A stretch of 64,000 nt of DNA, taken from positions 6,806 to 70,805 of the forward strand of contig NZ_QPHG01000017.1 in the NCBI RefSeq assembly GCF_040240425.1. Direction: 5' to 3'. Under the pieces are notes generated by a model. That model had not been told where the DNA came from and ran no database searches. It was given only the letters and a program-made list of their open reading frames with translations. Both the position numbers and the translations under genes were made by a program. This DNA is from Nitrosomonas sp. Its GTDB lineage: Bacteria > Pseudomonadota > Gammaproteobacteria > Burkholderiales > Nitrosomonadaceae. This document shows positions 55,723-64,000 of the stretch, one piece after another; position 1 is the stretch's first letter, and each line of letters opens with the position of its first letter.

Positions 55723-57359
55723 GCCATGTATTTCTCTTTAAATGCATCCGAATGCACCGGCCTGCCGGTCAAATAGCCTTGTACCAGATTGCATCCTTCC
55801 TGCCTCAAGAAACCCAATTGCGCATCATTTTCCACACCCTCGGCGACGACCAGCAGATTCAATCCTTCCGCTAGACTCAGAATGGTGCCCACAATCGCCA
55901 TATCTTCCGCGCTGTTCACCACGTCATCTACAAAAGACTTATCAATCTTCAGCACGGACAGCGGAAATCTTTTCAAATAAGCCAATGAGGAATAACCGGT
56001 ACCAAAATCATCAATCGCGATTTTTACTCCCGCCACATGCAGCTGCGTCAGAACCGCGCCGGAACGCTGCGGGTTCTCCATTAACACGCCTTCGGTGATT
56101 TCCAGCATGAGGTTTCCCGGTAATAATCCGGACTCGTTTAGCGCTTTATGAATCATATCGAGAAAATCCTCTTGGACAAATTGGCGCGGGGATACATTCA
56201 CGGAGATATAAAAATCCTTAAGACCAGCTTCCTGCCATTGTTTAGCTTGGTAGCACGCGCTACGCAAAGCCCATGCGCCGAGAATTTTTATCAAACCGCT
56301 GTTTTCCGCGAGCGGAATAAACTTCATCGGCGAAACAAAGCCCCGGCTTGGATTTTGCCATCGCATCAACGCTTCCGCGCCCTTCAATTGACCGGTTTGC
56401 GTGCAAAAGATCGGTTGATAGTGCAGCATGAACTCACCATTTTCGATCCCCTCGTACATGGCCGATTCCAGCGACAAATCGCTTCTTTCGGTATCGTCAA
56501 CCTGATCGCTATAAACCTTCCAGTAATTCTTACCTTGCGCTTTCGCTCTGTACATCGCCATCTCGGCATTCCGGTACAAGAGAGAAGCGTCTTCGCCATG
56601 TTCCGGATACATGGAAACTCCCAAACTGGCGCTGATATGCAGTGTATGTTCACCAATGCGGAAAGACCGTTGCATAGCGGCTAAAATCTTCCTGGCAATC
56701 AATTCGATATTTTCCCGCCCCGCACTCAGCATGATCATGGAAAATTCATCATCACTGACACGCGCCACTGTATCGCTGCGCCGCACGCAATTTTGCAGCC
56801 GTTCCGCTACTGCCTTGATCAGCTCGTCACCGATACCATGTCCCAGCAAATCGTTAATTTTTCTATAGCCATCCAAGCTCAACACAATCAACGACAAGAC
56901 ATTCTTTTCCCGCTGCGCCGCTTGAATGTTCATGGCAATACGATCGTCGAGTAAGACTTTGCCCGGCAATCCAGTCAAGGCATCGTGCGTGGAGAGGTAA
57001 ACCAGGCGGCTTTCGCTATCCTTCCAGTGCGTAGCATCAAATGCCGCGATAAGATATTTATCCTCCGGCAAAGCATGCATGTAGCAGTCAACCCAAACCG
57101 GCAGTACGCGCTGCCGTAGAAGACGGCAGATGAAAGTTTGTTTCTCACCACTCTGTTTGGCTTTTTCCCGCGCTTCAACAAACATTGCCATATCTTCAGG
57201 TTGAATGAATAATTCAATAGATTCTTGCAATAACTCTGCCGGTAATTGCAAAAATGCCTGCGAAGGTTTGGATGCTTGCTCAATGACGCCGTGCGCATTT
57301 ATGCACACCGCAAAGTCACTGATACAGGAAAGCAAATCGAAAGAGGCATGCGGATTCAC
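55719..57359 (-). CDS. PAS - degenerate GGDEF - EAL protein (probable c-di-GMP phosphodiesterase)
   Basis: The GGDEF site reads SDDEF, which is degenerate. The EAL domain is intact (EALMRWQNP, DDFGTGYSSLAYLK, KIDKSF, EGVE). Confidence 0.85.
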   Translation of the reverse strand: MNPHASFDLLSCISDFAVCINAHGVIEQASKPSQAFLQLPAELLQESIELFIQPEDMAMFVEAREKAKQSGEKQTFICRLLRQRVLPVWVDCYMHALPEDKYLIAAFDATHWKDSESRLVYLSTHDALTGLPGKVLLDDRIAMNIQAAQREKNVLSLIVLSLDGYRKINDLLGHGIGDELIKAVAERLQNCVRRSDTVARVSDDEFSMIMLSAGRENIELIARKILAAMQRSFRIGEHTLHISASLGVSMYPEHGEDASLLYRNAEMAMYRAKAQGKNYWKVYSDQVDDTERSDLSLESAMYEGIENGEFMLHYQPIFCTQTGQLKGAEALMRWQNPSRGFVSPMKFIPLAENSGLIKILGAWALRSACYQAKQWQEAGLKDFYISVNVSPRQFVQEDFLDMIHKALNESGLLPGNLMLEITEGVLMENPQRSGAVLTQLHVAGVKIAIDDFGTGYSSLAYLKRFPLSVLKIDKSFVDDVVNSAEDMAIVGTILSLAEGLNLLVVAEGVENDAQLGFLRQEGCNLVQGYLTGRPVHSDAFKEKYMA

Positions 57360-57772
57360 TATAAAACAACCTCCAAATAGCGATAATCTGATTTAGTACG
57401 GAAACTATTGTGCAATCATTCATCCATTGCAGACTGTTACAAAACGCATGCGTATCATCAAGTTTTCAGAAAACAACCGAAATACCCATGCAGTGAACTG
57501 ATTGTTACGGCTTACTAATGACTTACTTGAGGTTTCGCAGGAATGCGCAAAGGCTAATCGAGAAAAGAATGGATCGTGGAATCAGCAGAGCGTCTGCTTT
57601 AAGAAAAAACATCGAGGATTACGCTGTTACGGTTATCTCGGGTTGAGAAAAAACCACAACCCGCGCTGGCATAGCAATTAGTGTGAACGGTTGCCATTCC
57701 TTGCGCAGGTTTTTATGAGGATCGATCTAAGACATAAGCGATGACAAGCACAGCTTTTTGTTATAACCAGCA

Positions 57773-58972
57773 TTAAAGCGCTTCAAACACACCGGCTGCA
57801 CCCATGCCGCTGCCTATACACATGGTCACCATGCCATATTTCAGTTTATGACGGCGCAATCCATGCAATAAAGTGGCTACCCGGATAGAACCGGTTGCTC
57901 CGAGCGGATGACCCAATGCAATCGCTCCACCCAGCGGATTCACTTTATTGCGATCCAATCCCAAATCGCGAATCACGGCCAGGCTTTGCGCCGCGAAGGC
58001 TTCATTCAGTTCGATCCAATCCAGATCGTCCTGCTTGATACCGGTTTGCGCCAATACTTTGGGAATAGCTTTGATCGGTCCGACACCCATAATTTCAGGC
58101 GGCACGCCTGCCACCGAGAAACCGATAAAGCGGCCAAGCGGCGACAGGTTAAAACGCTTCAATGCAGCTTCGCTCATCAGCACCACCGCACCCGCGCCAT
58201 CGGACATTTGCGAACTGTTGCCCGCAGTAACCGATCCTTTTGCCGCGAACACCGGTCTCAATTTCGCCAAAACATCGGCATTGGTATCGGCGCGCGGCCC
58301 TTCATCGGTATCCTTGACCGCAATCTCCTCATGCACGGTATGCGCGATCAAGTCCGGGCGTTTCTCGTCAACGGTGTAAGCTGCGATTTCATCTTTAAAC
58401 TCACCCGTAGCGATTGCTTTTATTGCCCGCTGATGACTGGTCAGGGCAAATTCATCCTGATCTTCGCGCGAAACCTTCCATTGCTCCGCCACTTTTTCGG
58501 CGGTCATACCCATGCCGTAAGCAATGGCGACATTTTCCTCATGCTGGAACATCGCCGGATTCATGGAAACTTTGTTACCCATCATCGGCACCATGCTCAT
58601 GCTCTCGGTACCGCCGGCAATCATCACATCGGCTTCGCCGAGGCGGATGCGGTCTGCCGCCAGCGCGACCGATTGCAAGCCAGATGCGCAAAAACGATTC
58701 ACCGTCATCCCCGCGACACTGTTCGGTAAACCGGCCAGCAACAGCGCCACGCGTGCGACGTTGATGCCTTGCTCGGCTTCCGGCATGGCGCAACCGACAA
58801 TAACATCGTCAATCGCGGCTGGATCGAGTCCTTCGCACTGTCTCATCACCGCGTGCAATACATGCACCAGCATATCGTCGGGACGCACATTCTTAAACAT
58901 ACCGCGCGGCGCTTTTCCAACCGGTGTGCGTGCAGCAGCGACGATATAAGCTTCTTGAGTTTGCTTGGTCAT
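57773..58972 (-). CDS. fadA: Acetyl-CoA C-acyltransferase (3-ketoacyl-CoA thiolase)
   Basis: Thiolase motifs NRFCASGLQS (active-site Cys), NEAFAAQ and GHPLGATG..CIGSGMG. Confidence 0.9.
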   Translation of the reverse strand: MTKQTQEAYIVAAARTPVGKAPRGMFKNVRPDDMLVHVLHAVMRQCEGLDPAAIDDVIVGCAMPEAEQGINVARVALLLAGLPNSVAGMTVNRFCASGLQSVALAADRIRLGEADVMIAGGTESMSMVPMMGNKVSMNPAMFQHEENVAIAYGMGMTAEKVAEQWKVSREDQDEFALTSHQRAIKAIATGEFKDEIAAYTVDEKRPDLIAHTVHEEIAVKDTDEGPRADTNADVLAKLRPVFAAKGSVTAGNSSQMSDGAGAVVLMSEAALKRFNLSPLGRFIGFSVAGVPPEIMGVGPIKAIPKVLAQTGIKQDDLDWIELNEAFAAQSLAVIRDLGLDRNKVNPLGGAIALGHPLGATGSIRVATLLHGLRRHKLKYGMVTMCIGSGMGAAGVFEAL

Positions 58973-58995
58973 AGGATTCTCCGTGAATCGTGATA

Positions 58996-61533
58996 TCAGT
59001 TTCTCAGCGGTTTGCCGGTTTTCAGCGTGTATTCGATACGCGCCTGGGTTTTTTCCGTCGCCAGCAATTCCATAAAGGCCGCGCGCTCCAATTCCAGAAA
59101 CCAGTCTTCGTCGACCAGACTGCCCGGCGTTAAATCACCACCGCACATCACGTGCGCCACTTTATTCGCGATCAGATTGTCATGTTCGGAAATAAAGCCG
59201 CCTTCGCGCATATTCACCAGCTGACTTTGGATCGTTGCAATACCGGTGTTACCCGCTACCGGAATTTCCCGCATCCGTAATGGCGGACGATAACCCGCTT
59301 CCGCTAACGCCAACGCTTGCGCCTTGGCCACGTGCAGTAATTCGAAACGATGCATCACGACCGTATCGGCACTTCGCAGGTAACCGAGCTCTTTCGCCTG
59401 CTCAGCGCTTTTCCCCAGTTCCGCCATCGCCACGGTTTGAAAATAATATTTCAATTGTGGAAAAGGATCGCCGTCCTTGGCGTTTTGCGCGGCCCGCATG
59501 GCAAACTCCTTACAACCGCCGCCTGCCGGTAGCAGTCCGACCCCGGTTTCCACCAAGCCGATATAACTTTCCAGCGTAGCCACAGCCCGGTCGCAATGCA
59601 TGACAAATTCGCACCCGCCACCCAGCGCCAGACCATCTACGGCGGCCACGGTCGGAATCATCGAATAGCGCAACCTCTGCGATGCTTGCTGAAACTGTTT
59701 GATCATGCCTTCCACTTCGGCCAGTTTCTTGGCCATCAGCACATCGGCCAGATCCAGCTCACGCGCCACATGTAGCACGGTCTCCTGGGTCGATTTACGT
59801 AATTTCTTCAGGAATGACTGGAAGGCTGTCGGCGGTTGTGGTGGCGCAGGCGGTGCGGCAGGCACGCCGCTTTGGTGTGCATCTGCTTTCGGTTTTTCCG
59901 TGGCTTTCTGCAAATTGGCACCGGCGGAAAACGGCGGTTCGGTTTGCCAGATCACCAAGGCGCGCCAGTTCTGTTCGGCTTCCTTGATCGCTTGCTGCAC
60001 CCCTTCCAACACATCGATACCGATCGTATGCATCTTGCTCTTGAAACTGAGAATGGCGATTCTGTCGCCGGTATGCCATAACCTGACCGCATCCGTTTCA
60101 AAAATGGTTTCTCCGTAGACCGCCGGTTCGCCGATCAAACGATCGGGAAACAGTTGACGCTGATACACCGGCAATGTTGAACGCAGTTGCGGCTTTCCGG
60201 AAGCTGGCGCAAATGAGCCTTGCGCGGAATGCACACCGGGTGATTCACTATCCGCAATCGTCATCACCCATTGCGGCAACGGCGCCAGGCTCATGCTTTT
60301 ACCGGCGGCGATGTCTTCCTGGATCCAGCCGGCGATCTGTTTCCATCCGGCGGCTTGCCAAATTTCAAAAGGTCCTTGATTCCAGCCGAATCCCCAGCGC
60401 ACTGCCAGATCCAAGTCACGGGCATTATCGGCAATGGTTTCCAGCTGCACCGCGCAGTAATGGAACAAATCGCGGAATATCGACCACAAAAACTGCGCCT
60501 GCGGCTCTGGACTGTTGCGCAACGCGGCAAACTTCTCAGTCGGGCTGCTATATTTCAACAAACGCTTCAGATCTTCGTTCACTTCCGCAGCTGAAAGCCG
60601 GTACGTCTGTGCCGCGAGATCAAATACATGAATTTCATTCTTGATTTTTTGATACACCCCGCGTTTGACTTTCTCACCCAGCGCACCGGCCTGAATCAGG
60701 CCTTGCAGCCAATCCGGGGCAGCAAAATAGCGATGCCAGGGATCGTCCGGTAACGTGTCACGCATGGTATTGATAACGTGAGCCAAAGTATCCAGACCCA
60801 CCACATCGGCAGTGCGGAACGTCGCACTTTTGGGACGGCCAATCAGCGCACCAGTCAGCGCATCGACCAGATCGAAACCGAAATCAAACGCCCGGCCATG
60901 ATGCATCGTCGCCAACAGCGAAAACACACCGATGCGGTTAGCGATGAAATTCGGCGTATCTTTGGCGCGAATCACGCCTTTGCCCAGATTCGTCACGAGA
61001 AATTCTTCCAGGTGATCGAGCATCCCCCCATCGCTGACTTGGCAAGGAATCAATTCGACCAAATGCATATAGCGCGGCGGGTTGAAGAAATGGATACCAC
61101 AGAATCGATGGCGCAAGGTTTCCGGAAACGCCTCGGCCAGTTGGTTGATCGATAGACCGGAAGTGTTACTGGCGAAAATCGTGTGTTCACCCAGATGGGG
61201 TGCCACTTTGACATACAGATCACGCTTCCAGTCCATGCGTTCGGCAATGGCTTCGATTACCAGATCGCAATCTTTCAGAAATTCGAGATGTTGCTCGTAA
61301 TTCGCCGCTTGAATACAGGTCGCCTTGGTCTTGACTGACAGCGGTGCGGGTTCTTGCTTTTTCAGCTTCTCCACGGCCTTGATCACGTTGGCGTTGGGAT
61401 TACCGGCATCGCCCGGCAGCTCAAACAGCAATGTTTCGATATTGGCATTCACCAAATGCGCCGCAATCTGCGCCCCCATCACACCAGCCCCGAGTACCGC
61501 CGCTTTACGCACCAAAAAACGTTGCCCGCTCAA
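58996..61533 (-). CDS. Multifunctional fatty-acid oxidation protein: 3-hydroxyacyl-CoA dehydrogenase (N-terminal) + enoyl-CoA hydratase (C-terminal), FadN type
   Basis: Rossmann motif VLGAGVMGAQIAAHL near the N-terminus. Crotonase fold in the C-terminal third (AAVDGLALGGGCEF). The in-frame TTG at 61533 lies 5 nt after AGGAGG (61539-61544 on minus). It is preferred over the ORF track ATG at 61623, which adds 30 residues before the Rossmann fold. Confidence 0.8.
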   Translation of the reverse strand: MSGQRFLVRKAAVLGAGVMGAQIAAHLVNANIETLLFELPGDAGNPNANVIKAVEKLKKQEPAPLSVKTKATCIQAANYEQHLEFLKDCDLVIEAIAERMDWKRDLYVKVAPHLGEHTIFASNTSGLSINQLAEAFPETLRHRFCGIHFFNPPRYMHLVELIPCQVSDGGMLDHLEEFLVTNLGKGVIRAKDTPNFIANRIGVFSLLATMHHGRAFDFGFDLVDALTGALIGRPKSATFRTADVVGLDTLAHVINTMRDTLPDDPWHRYFAAPDWLQGLIQAGALGEKVKRGVYQKIKNEIHVFDLAAQTYRLSAAEVNEDLKRLLKYSSPTEKFAALRNSPEPQAQFLWSIFRDLFHYCAVQLETIADNARDLDLAVRWGFGWNQGPFEIWQAAGWKQIAGWIQEDIAAGKSMSLAPLPQWVMTIADSESPGVHSAQGSFAPASGKPQLRSTLPVYQRQLFPDRLIGEPAVYGETIFETDAVRLWHTGDRIAILSFKSKMHTIGIDVLEGVQQAIKEAEQNWRALVIWQTEPPFSAGANLQKATEKPKADAHQSGVPAAPPAPPQPPTAFQSFLKKLRKSTQETVLHVARELDLADVLMAKKLAEVEGMIKQFQQASQRLRYSMIPTVAAVDGLALGGGCEFVMHCDRAVATLESYIGLVETGVGLLPAGGGCKEFAMRAAQNAKDGDPFPQLKYYFQTVAMAELGKSAEQAKELGYLRSADTVVMHRFELLHVAKAQALALAEAGYRPPLRMREIPVAGNTGIATIQSQLVNMREGGFISEHDNLIANKVAHVMCGGDLTPGSLVDEDWFLELERAAFMELLATEKTQARIEYTLKTGKPLRN

Positions 61534-61673
61534 TTTCGCCTCCTGCTTGATCCGGTTATGGAATAAGACACTGTTCGCATCGAACTGTGCAGCAAGAGTA
61601 CAAGCATGAGACTCAAAGCGCAAGCTTGTTTGTTTATGCGGTTAGGCGGGAGCCAAGACTTTACTTTGGGGCA

Positions 61674-62027
61674 TCAGCCCCATACCGCCGCAAACTGTTC
61701 CGCATTGAAACCCACGGTGGCACGCTTTCCATCGGTAACCAGCGGGCGTTTGATCAGGCGGCCATTACCTGCGAGCAAAACTAATATCTCCGGCCCGGAT
61801 AGCGCTGGCAGCCGATCCTTGATTTTCAATTCTCGATACTGCACGCCGCTAGTGTTGAACAATTTGTTCATTGAGACACCGGCGCACGCCGCAACTGCCG
61901 CCAATTCTTCCGCACCCGGCGGATTCAACGTGATGTCGATAAATTCGTAAGCAATGTTCGCCTGCTGCAAAAATTGCTCCGCCTTGCGGCACGTGCCGCA
62001 CTGTTTATAGCCGTAGAATTTAAGCAT
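61674..62027 (-). CDS. ArsC/Spx-family reductase-like protein (YffB type)
   Basis: MLKFYGYKQCGTCRKA N-terminus and LIKRPL motif. Confidence 0.75.
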   Translation of the reverse strand: MLKFYGYKQCGTCRKAEQFLQQANIAYEFIDITLNPPGAEELAAVAACAGVSMNKLFNTSGVQYRELKIKDRLPALSGPEILVLLAGNGRLIKRPLVTDGKRATVGFNAEQFAAVWG

Positions 62028-62033
62028 GTCTAG

Positions 62034-62393
62034 TCAACCCGCTGCTCCCGAGCTTTTCTCGCCACCTTTAGATCCCCAAAATACTACCCAAGTCGTAAAA
62101 TCTGGCGAGAAATTCTCGAACCGGTGTTCGACATGCGCCGCCACGAAAAACACCATGCCCGGCTCAAACACATGCCGCTCCCCGGCAATGACAATTTCTC
62201 CGCGACCGGTATGAATGAAATACAACTCATCCTGATCGTGCGGCGTTTGTATATCGGAACCTCTGGGCGCATATACTTCAACCGACATCGTGCCGTGCGC
62301 AAACGCCAGGGCAAACGGCTCCCCCATCGGCCACTCCGGACTCGCCTTGCCGGGTATGCGTTGCATCAGATCCGTTAATGTAGCTTTCAGCAT
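62034..62393 (-). CDS. Cupin-domain protein
   Basis: Two-motif cupin pattern (PHDQDELYFIHTGRGEI and FFVAAHVEHRFEN). 119 aa. Confidence 0.6.
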   Translation of the reverse strand: MLKATLTDLMQRIPGKASPEWPMGEPFALAFAHGTMSVEVYAPRGSDIQTPHDQDELYFIHTGRGEIVIAGERHVFEPGMVFFVAAHVEHRFENFSPDFTTWVVFWGSKGGEKSSGAAG

Positions 62394-62625
62394 GCTTCTT
62401 TCCTCATATCCAGTTAAACAATTCTAGTTGATTACAAATGCAGTATAAATTAACTGGACAACCAACGCCTAGTAACCATAGGCGCGATAGCCATTAAAGA
62501 CTTCGCACCACCCTGAGTTTGAATTTTTCAAGAAAAAAATGTTTTCCTATGCGATTAGCGATTAGCGATTATGCAAAAAAATAAAACTCAACTCGCCAGA
62601 AAAGAAACAACTATTTGATTAACTT

Positions 62626-63333
62626 TTGACTCTATTACATTGTCTTCCTCAAAATACTGATTTCCTAAACTTGTCTTCTAATTTAAGCAACCCCGATGCG
62701 GCAAAAACACTGAGTACAGAGGCACAACAACTGGTTCAAAAAAATGAAGGGGTATGGGCGCAATTCCAGGCAACCGAATTAATACCCGAAGAAGTGAGGC
62801 TGAGTAAAATCAAAACCGAGCAGCATGCACAGTATGTGCAATCCACTAATCAGGTTTTTCAGCTTGCGGCATCGGGCAAATTTGAGGCAGCTGCACAACA
62901 TGTATCAACGGATACCATGAAAAAATTCAGCGCACTGCGCGAAACCGTATTCACTTTGTTCGATCTGCAAAGATCGGCTTCAACAATAGAATATAACAAT
63001 GCACAAACCAGTTATGAAAGTACTTTTTCAACGACGGCAATGGTCATCATCGCAAGTTTTATCTTCGCAGCGATTTTCGGTTATTTGTTGCTAAGATCGA
63101 TTATTGCACCATTGGATGAGGCCGTTGCGATTGCTAATGCCGTTGCCACAGGTGACTTGACTCGCCGCATTGAAGTCAATTCAACCAACGAAACCGGCAG
63201 GTTGCTGCAAGCCTTGAAAACCATGAATGACAATTTATCAGACCTGGTCGAACACCAGCGCGCAAAAGAGCCGCGGGTGGTAGTAATGACTGGGAAGAAT
63301 TTTAATCAATCCTCGATCATACGTTTCGATTGA
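62626..63333 (+). pseudogene. Remnant of a methyl-accepting chemotaxis protein (4-helix-bundle sensor + TM2 + HAMP only)
   Basis: 4HB_MCP-like ligand domain, one TM (AMVIIASFIFAAIFGYLLL) and HAMP (IIAPLDEAVAIANAVATGDLTRRIEV..LLQALKTMNDNL). TM1 is missing at the N-terminus (TTG start). After the HAMP the reading frame ends in unrelated sequence, with no signalling domain. Confidence 0.5.
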
Positions 63334-63461
63334 GTCAATAAAATTCGCTGGAAAGAGAGTATTACCGGGTAAAGCAGGCACGCCAAACTGGCAGTCAGAA
63401 AACGGTAGTACTCTCACCTAACCGGATATCACCCCCCTAGTTGCACATCTCATATAAGCTG

Positions 63462-64000
63462 TCATTGCACTACACGTAACCGGCGATCCAGCCATTTTTC
63501 TATTTTCTGCAGCAATTCGGTCCGTGCGGGTTCTTGCATAAACACGTGCTGGTGATACGGCAGACCGGGTAGTTTCAGAACTTCGTTTGCTGGATTATGT
63601 TGCAGCGTCACACGGGCAAAATCCTCGTCGCCCCAAGCGGGGGTGATCGGATCCATTTCAGAATAAATCAGGTAATACGGTATCGAAAAATCCGCCATCT
63701 GCCTGCGGAAACGCACGACCTCGGCTTCGATGCCTTTCACGTAGCGCAACAGACTGCGGCGCACAATCCAGCCGTCGGCGCGCAGCCGCGCTTTCTCTTC
63801 CTCGCTATCGGTCAAGTAATCCGTCACCCACACCGGTGAGATTGGCGACGCAAAGTTGCGCAGTCCCGGCCAGGAAAATACCTCGAACAAACCATCCAGA
63901 ACCGGCACCGTGACTAATGAAAGTAATTGATTGAACAGCAGCAAAGGCAGCGGTTCACGCTGCGGATGCAAAAAATGGGTTTCTGCATGAAAAGACAGCT
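63462..64000 (-). CDS. Alpha/beta-hydrolase-like protein, C-terminal part (gene continues off the right edge)
   Basis: The frame stays open to position 64000, upstream of the TTG chosen by the ORF track. The segments YYLIYSEMDPITP and PYHQHVF resemble the Asp and His regions of lysophospholipase-like hydrolases. Confidence 0.45.
   Translation of the reverse strand, partial: LSFHAETHFLHPQREPLPLLLFNQLLSLVTVPVLDGLFEVFSWPGLRNFASPISPVWVTDYLTDSEEEKARLRADGWIVRRSLLRYVKGIEAEVVRFRRQMADFSIPYYLIYSEMDPITPAWGDEDFARVTLQHNPANEVLKLPGLPYHQHVFMQEPARTELLQKIEKWLDRRLRVVQ

Noticed and set aside
57360-57772. 413-bp spacer upstream of the GGDEF-EAL gene, examined for a c-di-GMP riboswitch, tRNA or small ORF
   Set aside because: I found no GEMM-like conserved segments and no tRNA T-arm signature. 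Only short weak hairpins are present (57586-57598, 57641-57665). Nothing can be supported by eye.
57908-58729. 273-aa plus-strand ORF antisense to fadA
   Set aside because: The thiolase on the minus strand is unambiguous. The antisense product is Arg/His-rich with no motifs.
1-64000. Mobile genetic elements, integrases, tRNA or rRNA genes, or prophage remnants
   Set aside because: No transposase, integrase or phage-like ORFs appear in the six-frame track. No terminal inverted repeats or tRNA-like sequences were seen in the intergenic regions.

Overview
A 64 kb chromosomal segment from a Gram-negative bacterium. DUF3579, the CzcCBA type and the many c-type haem enzymes suggest a betaproteobacterium, possibly an ammonia-oxidiser-like lineage, but this is an impression I cannot verify here. 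I found no rRNA, tRNA, CRISPR array, transposase or integrase. About 50 genes are supported. They group as follows. (1) An unusually dense set of c-di-GMP signalling genes: a partial EAL gene, a 7TMR-DISM GGDEF, an HD-GYP response regulator, three HDOD proteins and a PAS-GGDEF-EAL. (2) Metal and redox functions: a CzcCBA-type RND efflux operon, ChrA, a Met-rich multicopper oxidase and three different di-haem cytochrome c peroxidase-family proteins. (3) An iron-regulated cluster at 35.8-43.6 kb. It holds a small RTX protein, a di-haem peroxidase, a 750-aa internally duplicated protein of unknown function, an STN-domain TonB-dependent receptor and bfd. Three near-identical Fur-box-like 22-mers sit in its promoters. 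(4) Stress and housekeeping genes: cbpA-cbpM, trxC, an HtrA-like protease, sdaA, fadA and a fadN-like gene. The best candidate for an undescribed system is at 46.8-52.0 kb. It is a translationally coupled pair of P-loop NTPases. The first is a NACHT protein with no recognisable effector domain and a C-terminal array of twelve 93-bp HEAT-like repeats. The second is a KAP-family NTPase fused to pentapeptide repeats. A small membrane protein and a strong terminator follow. Other notable items are a flagellin with an HExxH metallopeptidase domain in its variable region, a LicD-cytidylyltransferase fusion protein, and two paralogous highly acidic mini-proteins flanking nudF. All family assignments come from motif recognition by eye. 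No database search was run.
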